DNA of 64,000 bases from Eledone cirrhosa (GCA_964016885.1 OZ024740.1:267468001-267532000), one strand, 5' to 3'; counted from the stretch's first letter, positions 1 through 13,519 are shown. Notes: generated by a model not told the origin, from the letters alone. A program made the numbers and translations.

Positions 1-590
1 AATGTGATTTTGAGGGAAATTTAGCTATTATTTCTAACAGGACAAGTGACAATGTAGAAGCTCATTTATTAACTTGTATCAGGCAAGTTGGGTAACTACT
101 TAGAAAATCTAAGGTCAACTTTGCCTTTCATCCTTCTAGAGTCAAGAAATATGTAGGGAGATTGACTGGCTGAATCATTAATGTTAGGTAGCACGCTTTA
201 TAGAATTTGGACTGGTTCTTTGTGCTCTGAATTCAAATCCTGCAATGGGGACTACTTGGGCACTAGTCTTAATCTGCCACCTGGTTTGACACCACCACTT
301 GGTTCTTGGGTAACTTTAGTATAGTGACCTCACGTCTGCTGTAAACATTTGAGGAGCCAAGTCCTTTGCTTGAGGATATCATCCTCCTCCTCCCTTCCAA
401 CAATTTTGAAAGCCTTAAAAAGTGTCATAGTCACAACTGTCTCTCTCTAGACTAATCAATTAAAAAGAAAAGGGTTTCTGAAACAATGACAACCCTCCAC
501 TCAAAAACAAACAAAACAAACAGGCAAACAAATATACAAGAAGACAGGATAACACTCTGAAATGCTGAACTGTCTTATCTTATATCCTTA

Positions 591-891
591 CAGCAAAGGT
601 CTCTGACCACCGGGCTGCGAACCAGTACTGGTCTGTGGATCATTTGTTACTGGGTCACAAAGAAATAACTTGTTTAAAATTATATGATAGATAAATTGAA
701 TATTAGACTTTAAAAAGATTTGTTTAAATATTTATATACTCAATACACTTTTTCTTCCCTTTAATAAATTGCTCATTTTGATATTGCTCTCTTTGTCGAA
801 ATGCACTTAAATAACACATGTTCAACTACTGGTCTGCAGAAAGATTGTCCGACTTGAAGCCAGTCCGTGGTATAAAAAGTGGAGACCACTG
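591..891. mobile_element. hAT (Charlie/MER-like) non-autonomous element, decayed
   Basis: Ends cagcaaaggtctctgacc / aaaaagtggagaccactg resemble CAG..GGTC.CCAACC-type hAT TIRs; subterminal c(t/c)(g/a)gtc(t/c)gtgg motifs at both ends. Confidence 0.5.
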
Positions 892-1109
892 CAGTAGATA
901 GTAGAGAGGCATGCAAGAACATGTCTCCCTAATGAAGTAGAGGGCAATAAGGCTGAGACCACTGTCTTACAGTGTAAAATCAGTTGCTTTGTATTTTTGT
1001 TTTGTTTTTTGTTGTCATTTGTACCATGAAACCTTTTTGATATTATTACCATGCTGACACAGATCTTAGTTGTGGTCTATACTTTATGGAATTTAATCAA
1101 AACAAGTTT

Positions 1110-1365
1110 GCAGAAGCTGGTATAGCAATGTGGGAGCTTCAGCATTCGGTAATTAAAAGAAGAGAGGGAGGTAGATATAAAAGCCAAACTCACTATCTTC
1201 AATTCTGTATTCAGACCAACCCTTACATATGGTCATGAATCTTAGATAATGACCAAAAGAATACGATTGTGAATATAAGCAGCTGAAATGTAATTCTTGT
1301 GAAGGGTCTTTGGAGTAACATTACTTGATAGAGTGTGTCGCTCAGATATCAGAGAGAGAGTCACT
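1110..1365 (+). pseudogene. RTE-clade LINE reverse transcriptase C-terminal remnant
   Basis: Manual translation AKLTIFNSVFRPTLTYGHES*IMTKRIRL*I*AAEM*FL*RVFGVTLLDRVCRSDIRER matches the RTE post-RT motif (P.LTYG.E.W...AAEM.FLR...G....DR.R...IRE), with multiple stops. Confidence 0.8.
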
Positions 1366-3079
1366 CCAGGACCCTCCCAAGATTAAGTGAGAAAAGAAGT
1401 TTGACGGATTGAAGAGGAGATGATAATTATCAAGACATTATTTAGCATCAGGTCAGCCTTGATGAAGTAGATATTTCATCAAAATCTTTCCAGTCATGAC
1501 CATCCTATCTTTTTGTATATCCCATAAAACATTCAACATGTCTTACTCTTTCTTTTTTCTAATATGAGGGGAGAGAAGATTTGCTATTTTTAGTCAGTCA
1601 AACAACCATGTAGAGGCTCTATCATTGCAAAAAATATGATAAAAGTGGTGATGGTGGTAGTGATGATGATGATCATCATCATGACAGTATCATAATGATA
1701 ATGATGATGATTATGCTGATGATGATGATTATGATGATAGTCATGATTATGAAACCAGAGATGTACATTTTCAGCTAAAGCTATCGTACCTTTCTGCAAG
1801 AGAATTCTTCACATCTCATCATTTTAAATACGTCAGAGTCTTGAATTGTTAAGGCAAAAAGGCAAAAGGAAAGATGGCAGGCATGCAGGTCGGGAATGAG
1901 ATGTGGAATATTATTTATTCTTCAACTACTGAATTACATTACAAGAAAAATGACTAACTAGTTCAGCCCAGGATGTCAGCAGCTAAGCAGCTAACAGAGC
2001 AAATAGCAATGTTTTTTTTGTTTTTTTTTTTTCGTTTTCTTTTAACAAGTATATCATATACAAAGTGGAAATACAAAACCATCTTGCTCTGAAGGAACCC
2101 CTTCAATATCTGTTACTTATAAAACTCTGGTAAAAATATTTGTACTATCATATACCTGAATCTAATTTTGGGATAGAGTGTGGTAGTGAAGGGGGATATA
2201 CAACATGGTATGGAATGGAGGTGAGATTATTAATATTTTTTTTTCAACCATACTGAAATATTTATATCTTCAATATTATCTACTTTCCTAGATGAACATA
2301 GCTTTCTTGTATTGGCTTATGTTTAATGCATATTTATATTTGGTTGCTATTTAGCTATTCGCAGTTTGTTTAATGCTTTCACTTCATTTAATGATAATTA
2401 GTGTAATTAATTAATTAATTAATTAATTAATTAATTGAAATAGTGATGCACACACACACACACACATACTCATACACTCAACACATATATGTATATATAT
2501 ATCATTTATTAATAACTTCTAATGAAAGAAATGAACTCTGATACACTTTATGATCGTGTCATAATTATGTAACATTAAAAGTTAACATGTAAAACATTAT
2601 TTTACAATGGTGAAAAAAGACTTTGGAAACTAGATTAAAGATATAAAAGAAATATAACTAATATTTTAATGAGATATCTGGTAGGGTAGCTGATGGGAGG
2701 GATAGGATTAGGGGAAGGGTTCAATTAAAAAAATATCTTCTTTCACATTTTATTGTTGTTGTAGATTTAATTATATCTAACAAATGGTGAAATGCTGTTA
2801 GCCTTTTTATTATTGCTTTTTATCCTTTGAGAAAGTTTTGCTTTCACTTTCATACATTTACTATTGTTACTCTTCTTATATTGGGTATGATGGTATCAAT
2901 GTTGGCACAATGAAAGGTAGATCTAATAAGATAGATGCAATGTTAGATTTGTAGTGAGGAGATGGCTATGGGTGAGTAATATTAATCTGCTTGAAATGCA
3001 GGTGTATGAGTGAGCTTAGGCAACAATTTGGTAGTAAAAGGTATGCAAATGGGAAAATTACTGAACTCCTTTGGACAAG

Positions 3080-3305
3080 TGATATAATAAAAATCAGATG
3101 TGGGCAAAAAAAAAAGTTGGTGACTGTCAGTAAAAGATGCTCATAGAAGAAGAATATTGAGGAAGACGTGTGAAGAAGTGGTGTCAGATCCGAGGATAGT
3201 GGGCTTTACAGAAGAGATAACAGCAATCCAAGATATTTGGTGATATGATCTATGGCAAACTCATCCAACCCATGTCAACATGGAAAAATGATAATTAAAA
3301 TGGTG
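3080..3305 (+). mobile_element. Degenerate RTE LINE 3' end
   Basis: Decayed RKT.EEVV.DL-like coding segment followed by ccaacccatg..agcatggaaaa tail shared with other RTE ends in the window. Confidence 0.45.
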
Positions 3306-5432
3306 ATAAATGGCTTTGAACTCATAAAGTGTTCAGTAGAACAGCATCTTAACATCACAGTCTTGTGTTTCATCATTTGCAACAGAAATACAAATTTTTT
3401 CTGAACCAACACATTTATGAATTAGGGCACATGTATATGTGAAAGTAGAAAAAGATGAATGTATAATTATGAGAGAGAAAGAAATATAATCTTTGAAACA
3501 AACTGAATACGGTCAGTGATTTAAAAAAATGCACTTAACCTTGAAGAGCAAAATAAATCCTCTGTATGCATATCCTAATTAAAAATGGCAAGTTATGTCA
3601 GCATATCAGAACCATGATATCATCAAGTATATGTGAATGGGAATGATTCATCATTTATTTTTAATGACCAATCTTCAATGTTATCATGGGTTAAACAGAG
3701 GAAATGAGCTGAAAAACCATCATTCCATAATACCAGACACCAAACAAGAAGTGGTGTTGGTAGCTGGGAAGGTAGAGTACCAGGGAACTTACGTAAAGGA
3801 CTAAATCACTAGAGTATATAGTTATTGTCCCGTTAGGTTCACTTTAGTTTCAAAGTCAGATAGTATGCCAAAATTGATTTTACCTTTCTTCCTAACAAAT
3901 CAATGAGGAGCCCCATATATGATTGCTTGCCCTGCTAGAAAAAGCACCCTCTAATACTCTCCCCACTATGAAAATGAAAGGATGACTGTTTGATGATGTA
4001 ATCTGCAGCTTGAAGAAAAAAAAAAAGATGGAATGTGCACATTGGAATGTCTTCAATAAATATTCTACTTGATTAAAGTTGAGCAGGGACTAAAAAATAA
4101 GGTTGAGGGAAAATAACTGATATAAATAAAGTGGGGTAACATCTGGAATTATATCCCTTTTCTACCCTTTTCTATGGAAAGAGAAAGTCCTTGAGTGAGA
4201 GTAGCTGGAAGTCTCTGTTGTTGATTAGGTTAGAGAAGTGAATGGTGGGGAGAGGGGAATCTACATATGTATAGACATCACCTTTCAGAGTGAAGTTTGA
4301 GTACAGAGTAAATCCTGGACAACAGAGAGGGACTATGTGAAAAGGACAGAGAGACATATGTCATCGAGAGGAATAGGATGTGAAATGTATGTGTTAGAAA
4401 GGGATAATGCATGGGTTCTAAACAGGATTGAAGTCCATGAATGTGAAAAAAAAAAGGAAAGAAAAAGGAGAAATGTTCAGTGTGTTTATTTTTAGTTTTT
4501 TGTACTTAGGGAAATCTAGAGAGTGTTGGTGCAATAAGTCCCTGCTGGAAATTTGGCCTGAGCAAACTATGCTAAAGGCACTTATTGACTAGGAAATGGT
4601 GTTAAAAACCAAGTGGAATGATGAGCCTCACTTTGATAAAAACAGTAAAAAAGTAAAAGGATGATTGTTTATGCCATATATAGTAGGACTACATTTTACA
4701 AATAATGGCCAGGATAAAATAGGTTTTAGCTACTAACATATGGATCTGTTGCTTTATAATCATAAAACTTGAGGCAGTCTTAGAGAGAGAGAGATAATCA
4801 TGATATTTGCCAGAGATCAAAATTTACAGCCATTTGAGTTGTCCTTTGAACAAGGCACATAGCTCTGTTTCCTCAAGTCTACCTAGCTGTCAAAAACATT
4901 TATTTGTACTTCACATTTAAGAGGTTATTATAAGTAATCACTTCAATGAAATCCACTCACCAACAAAAGGATTTTAAAAATTTAACTGATTATTTCTAAT
5001 TTAAACCATCAATTAGCAAGTCTAATTGTACTATTGAATTGTCAAACATAATTTAATGCAAACATTTTAACCACTTAGGGATCATTAGTTTTGTTCTGGT
5101 AACTAAAGCTAAGTTGCCAAACACAGAAAACATGTCAAGAGATTTTATCAAATAAATGATAAAGTGTTTTAGCAACATACTCAAATGAATACAATATTGT
5201 ATGTGATTGTAATCTTTTCTGTTTTATGTCGAAATCAACCAAAAGAGCTTCATTGTTTATTTAAACAGTACAGTATCTTTAATTCTACACATACCTTAGT
5301 TCTACAACCATGGAATAGACACCTGATCATTGTTGGAATCTTATCTATGACAGACTGGCTTCGTATCCAACATGAAATGTATTTAATCTTCCTATTATGC
5401 TATGAAATTAGGACTAAAAATCTGATAATTCT

Positions 5433-5770
5433 AGGTGGCAAATTGGCAGAGGCATTAGAACATCAGATAGAATGCTTTGCAATATTCATTCCGACTCTCT
5501 GCTCTGAGTTCAAACCCTGGTGAGGTCAACTTTGCCTTTCATCCATTTAAGGGTGATAAAAAGTACCAGTCTAGTATAGGAGTTGATTCTTCCTCTACAT
5601 CTCTTTCTCACTTCCTTTCTCTTACTTTCTATCCTTTATTGGAAGAAATCTGCTGTATTCAGACCTGGAGAAAATATGGGCTCTGCCAGGTTTAAAAATG
5701 CCTTAGAAATACCATATATCAATATCGCACACCTACACCTTTCTCAGGAGTTATGGGTCCATATATACAC
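5433..5770 (+). mobile_element. SINE with Meta-like domain, older subfamily (related copies 17368-17630 +, 53530-53820 -)
   Basis: ggtggcaaattggcag head, gagttcaaacc B-box, gaggtcaactttgcctttcatcc domain; body shared with the 17368 copy. Confidence 0.65.
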
Positions 5771-5812
5771 CTGCTAATTCCACAACTGTTGAAGTACAAT
5801 CTAACCTTACAG

Positions 5813-7746
5813 TATAAAGATTAAATGTTGATCTAGAATAATATTACATTGAATTAGATGATTGATGGTCATTATTATTGCTGTGGCGGTGAATTGGCAG
5901 TATCAGTAGAGGGTCGGACGCCATGCTTTGATGCATAGAGTTACGGCCCTTGCCATTCTGAGTTCAAAACCCGCCGAGGTTAACTCTGCCTTTCATCCTT
6001 ATGGGGTCGATAAAATAAAGTACCAGTAATGTACTGGGTAATTGCTGGCCTTGTGCCAATAGTAGAAACAATTATTATTGCTGTGGCATAGATTTAGTTA
6101 TTCTAGCTTCAATAAATATTTAGTTGCAAGGTTCATTGTTCTAAAATTTACAACTTGAATCACATTTTAAAGAAAGTGGGAGATTGTTGAATGCAATTTG
6201 AAAACAAATATGCCAGAAATTCTGCTTGAATGTTTTCTCACGGAGAGGTAAGGAAATCTACTGGACAATAATAAATAGCATATTAACAGAGCTGGTCAGA
6301 GAAGAAAGTGATGATGAATAATTCATAAATGTTAATTCCTTTTAAGTTTTAATGATCTGATTTCTAGTTTCAAGTCAGGTTAGGCTTCAGCCTGCTACTG
6401 ATCCCATATAACTCAGTACAACTTGCTCCATGGTTGAGTAGTTGTTGACTAAACTGGTTCCCCCACTAGACAGGGATCAGAAATTTTATATAATTGTCAT
6501 CATCAGAGGAGGCTCCTTATAGACAGTTTTCAGACACCCGAGAAAGTCCAAAAGTCATTCAAATCCATAATCATCAAGGTGTAAATGATCTTGAAGACCA
6601 TAGGTCAAGAATGGGCAGATTTTTGCTATAACATTGATCAGCCACATATATAACTAAGAGACCTGCTCTCACCATGAGAATCAACCTACCAAATGCATTA
6701 CAGACGTAGCTTCTGTCACCGCATATTGTCTCATCAATCACATGTGTACCTTATATGTGTGTGAAGTTCAGCTCTGAGTAGTAATGGATTAAATCAACAA
6801 CTGATTCCCCTAAATTATAAACACTACACCATATATTGAGTGCTCTTTTCATTTGTAAACTTTATATAACTAAGGTCTCTTAGTTATATATGTGGCTGAT
6901 CAATGTTATAGCTGGCTGAACTGCTGTGGTATACAAAAATCTGCCCATTCTTGACCTATGGTCTTCAAGATCATTTATACCTTGATGATTATGGATTTGA
7001 ATGACTTTTGGACTTTCTCGGGTGTCTGAAAACTGTCTATAAGGAGCCTCCTCTGATGATGACAATTATATAAAATTTCTGATCCCTGTCTAGTGGGGGA
7101 ACCAGTTTAGTCAACAACTACTCAACCATGGAGCAAGTTGTACTGAGTTATATGGGATCAGTAGCAGGCTGAAGCCTAACCTGACTTGAAACTAGAAATC
7201 AGATCATTAAAACTTAAAAGGAATTAACATTTATGAATTATTCATCATCACTTTCTTCTCTGACCAGCTCTGTTAATATGCTATTTATTATTGTCCAGTT
7301 GATTTCCTTACCTCTCCGTGAGAAAACATTCAAGCAGAATTTCTGGCATATTTGTTTTCAAATTGCATTCAACAATCTCCCACTTTCTTTAAAATGTGAT
7401 TCAAGTTGTAAATTTTAGAACAATGAACCTTGCAACTAAATATTTATTGAAGCTAGAATAACTAAATCTATGCCACAGCAATAATAATTGTTTCTACTAT
7501 TGGCACAAGGCCAGCAATTACCCAGTACATTACTGGTACTTTATTTTATCGACCCCATAAGGATGAAAGGCAAAGTTAACCTCGGCGGGTTTTGAACTCA
7601 GAATGGCAAGGGCCGTAACTCTATGCGTCAAAGTATGGCCTCTGACCCTCTTCCGATACTGCCAATTCACCGCCACAGTAATAATAATGACCATCAATCA
7701 TCTAATTCAATGTAATATTATTCTAGATCAACATTTAATCTTTATA
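5813..7746. repeat. Large inverted duplication: arms 5813-6664 and 6873-7746, ~208-bp spacer
   Basis: Arms are direct reverse complements; near identical except a 22-bp insertion (6913-6934) and a mismatch cluster in the SINE head. Confidence 0.97.
5884..6076 (+). mobile_element. tRNA-derived SINE with Meta-like central domain (mirror copy 7483-7676 on -)
   Basis: ggcggtgaattggcagtatc head, gagttcaaa B-box, gaggttaactctgcctttcatccttatggggtcgataaaataaagtacc domain, tail ...tagaaacaattatt; many copies in window. Confidence 0.8.
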
Positions 7747-7757
7747 TACACACACAT

Positions 7758-7788
<31 letters not shown>

Positions 7789-7794
7789 GAAATT

Positions 7795-7955
7795 ACTTCT
7801 ACATGAGTAGAACTGTTTCATTAGTATGAAATCATCAAGAAGTCTTGATAATTTCATATGAATGAAACAATTCTAGTCCTGTAGAAGACATTTCTATATA
7901 TAATAAAGATACCTATACTCTACCAAAGTATTGAGTAATATTTTAACTGTGGTTA
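7795..7955 (+). mobile_element. TA-flanked fold-back element with degenerate hammerhead
   Basis: Imperfect ~55-bp-arm hairpin 7795-7900; arm consensus reads tTGATGA-tttcatatgaat-GAAA-cag..ctg-TA-gaagac; 3' tail shared with 39135-39220 (-). Confidence 0.55.
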
Positions 7956-8069
7956 CCCCCCCCCCCCACACACACTCACCCACACACAACTCAGGAATAT
8001 ACATATTATATTGTATAGTGCTCAGTCAACACAGTAAACTGGTGGTGGTGGCATCACAAGAATAAAGTA

Positions 8070-8342
8070 CCCAATCCACACTGTAAAGTGGCCGTATAAG
8101 TGTCATGACAAAAACCACCCAGTCCACACTGTAAAGCGGTCATTTTGGTACCACAATAAAAAGCACCCAGTCCACACTATAAATGTGATTGGCGTTAGGA
8201 AGGGCATCCAGTCGTAAAAATCAAGCCAGAAACAGTTCTGTATGAGCAAGACATGGTCATCTGACCTGATATGACTTGTCTCATGACAGGACAACTTGTC
8301 TAACCCATGTTAGCTTAGAAAAATGGCCATTAAACGATGATT
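8070..8342 (+). mobile_element. RTE LINE 3' UTR fragment
   Basis: cccagtccacactgtaaa repeats, ggcgttaggaagggcatccag, ends ttaaacgatgat like the other RTE copies. Confidence 0.7.
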
Positions 8343-8376
8343 ATATATATATATATATGTATGTGTGTGTATGTGA

Positions 8377-8495
8377 AGGCGCGTGGCTGAGTGGTTAGGG
8401 AATTGGATTCACAATCATGAGGTTGTGAGTTCGATTCTTGGACCGGGCGATGCTTTGTGTCCTTGGGCAAGACACTTTATTTCACGTTGCTCCTT
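8377..8495 (+). mobile_element. tRNA-derived SINE head with CORE-like domain
   Basis: A-box gtggctgagtggtt, B-box gagttcgattc, then tgtgtccttgggcaagacacttt. Confidence 0.75.
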
Positions 8496-9481
8496 CTACC
8501 TGGAGTTGCAACAGATAGATAGTATTAGCAATTGGAAAGACCAACGGAAACATTGTTTCCTCAGTCTGATTTGACGAAAGTCAATCGACTGTCGATATAT
8601 ATATATATAAGTCTTTTACAGAAAGATTTAAACAGTTTAAACAGGAATGGAAAAATGATGCTCTTTGAACAAACCACTTTACACTGAATTACAGATGTTC
8701 TTTTCTCACTCTCACCATCAAAAATTCAGTGAACCAGTGGTTTGCCCATTAGAGACTTGACACTATTGCTAGCAAATTGCAATATCACATAAATAATAAA
8801 ATAAATAAGCCACATCTATTGCACTTTGTTTTTGACAATAGAGTATCAATTAACATAGCCAGATCTCTTAAAAGAACCTCAGTGGTTATGAAACTTGCAA
8901 AATTTCCGACCATTAGTCACAAGATAAATTTGTGATAAAGACAATATATTGAATTGATTTCAGTAACATAGAGGCACCAGTACCATGGGAGTAGTTTTAT
9001 CGACATAGGCAAGTTTTTTTAACTTATAAGGAGGGCAATTTTAAATACACTACAATATTTACTATGGCATAAGGCAATCATTAAAGCTGTACTTGAGGAC
9101 ATTGTCAAATGCCAGAGAAGTAGAATAGAAATATTAAAAATGATGAAGCTAAGATGTGTTTTAATTATGGTAGTTCTTTTCCGTGTGTGGAAATTTTTTC
9201 AGTGGCAAGATTGACATTTCATTCCCCAAAGTAAAGTAGAGGTATGTATACCAGTAATATATGGAGCATAATTCAATCAATTGTATTACTTTTTTGATAT
9301 ATATTAAATTGACCCACAAATGTCATGAAATTTGTGATAAAGACAATATATACTCAATACATGAGTAACTGTGGTGAGTAATACAAGGGCTGTAACTAAG
9401 TTAAAACAAAGATTGTATGTATACCTGATAGTACTTGGTTAAATACCATCTCATTCAATGAACATACATTGACAAGGTATA

Positions 9482-9680
9482 CAAGGGTAGACTGAAAAGT
9501 TCATAGGCTGACTATGAAAGAGTAAGGCTAGAGCTGTGAAATCTTGCATGCATTAATTTCAACTCTTCTTATTAATAACTGCATTGCTTCTTTCCAGGGA
9601 CTATGTTGAAAAATATACTTCATTTGCTCATTCGTTGAGAGTATCTTGGTCACCCGATGAACTTTTCAGTTGACCCTAGG
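9482..9680. mobile_element. Mariner-derived MITE (second copy 23928-24102)
   Basis: TIRs agggtagactgaaaagttcat / atgaacttttcagttgaccct; internal sequence shared with the 23928 copy. Confidence 0.75.
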
Positions 9681-9845
9681 GCTGGTTAAATTGATGAAAT
9701 AGGAAGGGAAGGTGATAAAACATTGGGAACTCAGGAAAATCAAATAGATGGTTTCTCACAACTGAAATGAGGGCAGCTTATGCCTCAGAAGAAAGAGTAT
9801 TATTATACTATTTGTTAATGATACTAATTTCTAGAATATTTCTGA

Positions 9846-9945
9846 ATATATATATACATATATGTGTGTGTGTATATATATATATGTGTATATATATATT
9901 ATATATATATGTGTGTATATATATATATGTGTGTGTGTGTATATA

Positions 9946-9992
<47 letters not shown>

Positions 9993-10381
9993 CTATGCTG
10001 TTTTGTTGACCGATGGGTGAAGAAGTGCCAGAAAATGCCAGTTGAAGGAAGACGTGGTAGAGGTAGACCACGAAAAACATGGGCGGAGGTGGTGAGAACA
10101 GACCTCAGATCATTGAAGCTCACGGTGGAGATGACGAGGGACCGTGACGAGTGGAGAGATGCTGTGCTGAATAAGACCCGTCCCACCCTTGCAAGCAGGG
10201 AAGAGCGGACGTAAAATGATGATGATGATGATGATGATATATATATATATATGTGTGTGTGTATATATATATGTGTATATATATATATGTGTATATATAT
10301 ATATGTGTGTGTGTGTGTATATATATATGTGTGTATATATATATATATGTGTGTGCGTGTATATATATATGTGTATATATA

Positions 10382-10437
<56 letters not shown>

Positions 10438-10491
10438 AGTGTATATATATGTGTGTGTGCGTATATATATATATGTGTGTATATATATAGA

Positions 10492-10541
<50 letters not shown>

Positions 10542-10545
10542 ATAT
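9846..10545. repeat. (TA)n/(TG)n compound microsatellite hosting an RTE 3' end
   Basis: Direct reading. Confidence 0.95.
10005..10237 (+). mobile_element. 5'-truncated RTE LINE 3' end with (GAT)n tail
   Basis: [31 protein letters not shown]...DRDEWR: classic RTE C-terminal G.R.RGRP...W motif; CpG intact, so young. Confidence 0.9.
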
Positions 10546-10699
10546 CTTTTAGAGAAAAGAGAAACAAAACATCTTTAACATGCATGGCATCTAGAGATAC
10601 CTGTTTATTTTCACATCTATTCCCATACATATAAAACTATACACACACATATTTATATATACAGCCACATTACATATTACACATCTTACATATATACAT

Positions 10700-10743
<44 letters not shown>

Positions 10744-12202
10744 TCTTTCTCATCTCTCTCTCACACACATATACTTGAAAGAGAAAGAAAATGAGATGAT
10801 TCTGTAAATTTGTCCTTTCAGTATTTAACCTTGAACTAATCTCAACTTCTGTCAGCTCTATTCTTGACCTTATTGATAGCTATTTCTTTTGATTAGCTCT
10901 AGAAAATTATATGAGAGAGCTTAGTGTCTTTTAAATAGTTACCCAGTCAATGGAATGTTTATGAATCCAGCTAAGATGTTTTAGTGTGGGATGTTTTTCT
11001 TTTATAACTGGTTCATTCCAGTTAATCTTATGCAAAGGAAGCTGTTTGCTATCATTTTTGTTCTACACTTAAAAGTATTATGATAATCTTTTCTTTTTTT
11101 TGTGGGGCCTCTCTCCTCATTCCACATGGCTACCGTCTGATGATTGGAACAAGCAGTAAATGATTAAAAACGAATAATTACTCTGATGATTGTGGGGCAA
11201 TGATCTAGCTACTTTTGTATCCCTTCAAAATTAGAATATAGGAAAAATTTGATGAGGGTTAATGCAGACAATATTCCATTAGAATCATTACAAGTTATTG
11301 GTAGATTATACAGCATGTGTGGTAAGTATATGTCAATGAGTTGGGGTGGTTATATGATATCTGAAGATGAAATATCAATAAAGATCTAGTTGAGGATTTG
11401 GTAAGCAGAAGATATTGTGAAATTATCAGGCAAAGGAGAAATAACTGCAGCAAGTGCATTTAGCTGAGTGGGTGAAATACAGTTATACAGTTAGCAAATT
11501 CAGAAGTGTATGAGATGTATAAAGTGTATAAGAGTATATGGGGAAATGGAAGTACATAGATTAATAACAAATACATACGGCATAACATCCATCTCATTTG
11601 TATTTCAGTAAAATGTCTACCTTATTGTGGATGCTAAATTATGATAACTGTGAATTAAGTTCTATGTTATGTTTCAGTTATAAGAATGGAAAGACGTGTT
11701 AAATGGTGTTGAAGGATAAATAAATTGGGGCTAATGAGAAAAAGGGGAGAGGGTAAGAGAAAAAGGTAATAAATGTTAGTGGAAGAAAATGGCAATGGGA
11801 ATAGTAAAGAGACAATAAAGAAATGCCAGTAGATTTGAGGGGAATAGTGAAGAGGAGTTAATGACAAGGAAACACTACACACATATATATATGATAATTA
11901 TATTAATTGCTCCATCTTATTAAATTATAGCCTTTATGGTGAGGTATCCATACATCTTTGGATATAGTGATATATACTTGTACAAAACAACTGACACATA
12001 CATCACTCTTTACATATCCATAGTTAAAAGAAACAAAAAACAGTGAAAAGCAAGAATTAGATGATTGGAATACATTTTGAACACAGCTTTCATAGCAGAG
12101 GGCCTTCTCCAAGAATTTTTCTATAAAATGTTACCTACAAATCAGTTAATGTTTGATTTTGAAATTTTGCTTCTCTTAAGTATGTATACACACCCTGGTA
12201 CT

Positions 12203-12243
<41 letters not shown>

Positions 12244-12273
12244 AATATATATAATAAACAACTAAGTTTTAAA

Positions 12274-12558
12274 AATCTGGTAGAATGCAGTAGAAAATAT
12301 ATAAAGGGCAAAGGATGACAAATAAAACAGAATATACTAATGTTTTACCCAATGTATTTCAATATGATATTTCAGAGCTGTTACTCTCTTTTGAATGGTC
12401 ATTGTGTTATTTCCTAACTGGTCTTCATGTCTGAAATACATATCTATGGAGTTGTTATATTAGCCAATCTGTTTATATCATGTTGAAATACATTGGGTAA
12501 AACATTACTTTGTTCTGTTTTATTTGTCATCCTTACCCTTTATATATTCTACCAGATT
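12274..12558. repeat. Inverted repeat (~85-95-bp arms, ~105-bp spacer) inside a TA-flanked insert (~12250-12595)
   Basis: 12274-12370 is the reverse complement of 12475-12558 with a few mismatches and an indel. Confidence 0.85.
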
Positions 12559-12590
12559 GTACTGGCTTTTTGAAATATATCTCACAATGC

Positions 12591-12640
<50 letters not shown>

Positions 12641-12758
12641 TATATATATATATACGTCTCTGGGTCAAAAACAAAAACACATTTTTTCTTTTGATTTTTC
12701 TTTGCTCGTTTCCTTAAAATTTACCTTCTTTCTGTTGGTATACATCTATTACGCAATT

Positions 12759-12820
12759 TACACCTGAAGATGTCACTAGGTTCTTACACAACCTGGTCAC
12801 TGAAATGTGCATAGAGTTTG
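12759..12820 (+). ncRNA. Minimal type-I hammerhead ribozyme, partly degenerate
   Basis: CTGAAGA 12764-12770; stem II ctaggtt/aacctgg; GAAA 12802-12805; stem III A-tgtgca-T, site ATA 12813; weak stem I; inside TA-flanked insert 12656-12866. Confidence 0.65.
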
Positions 12821-13519
12821 CAGAAATAAATAATTAAGGAAATTCAACATTTTTGGCCTCCTGCCATATATATATACTTGGTATATTTTGCGTTAGTTAA
12901 TCTGATATAAGTTATTGGTCAACTGACACTAGGATTGAGCACTCGAAGAGGTCTGTTTACTAGAGTATTGGTATAACAAATACATATAGCAGCCATTATG
13001 TAATCAATAGAATAATGTAAATTGAACCTAGTGGCTTCTACTTCATTGTTACATATATATGTATAAACATGCATATGTATCCATATAAGAACATATATAT
13101 AAACACATATCTAGGAATACATTTTCCAATCTCTGCACATGGTTTTTTCATATTGATATCAACCTACAGAAAAAACTCCACTAGCCCATATTGACCTCAT
13201 CTGCCTATTATGGCCTAAAAAAGGTTATGAACAACATCCCTCATCAACCTCCAACTCAACAGTTAAAATGTAGAAAAACATCTGAAGTACCTTAAAACCT
13301 TAATATAGTTTCAGGGCTAACATGGCATCATTCCTATCATAGATATTTTTAATAGAACTGAAACAATTTCCATATTTCTCATGGTAAATATATAACCAAG
13401 CCAATAGTCTTTCATCTTGTTGAAGCAAATCTACCATTTAAAGGAAAAAAAATCCAAAAGTTGCCCGTTTATCATCAAGATCAAAATGTGGTACTATTCA
13501 ACTTTTTGTCTTATCTTTT

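Noticed and set aside
8377-8450. tRNA gene
   Set aside because: A/B boxes continue into a SINE body; no proper acceptor stem or terminator
8560-8595. Small GAAA-loop hairpin before a TA tract
   Set aside because: Does not fit the hammerhead core on either strand; short and imperfect
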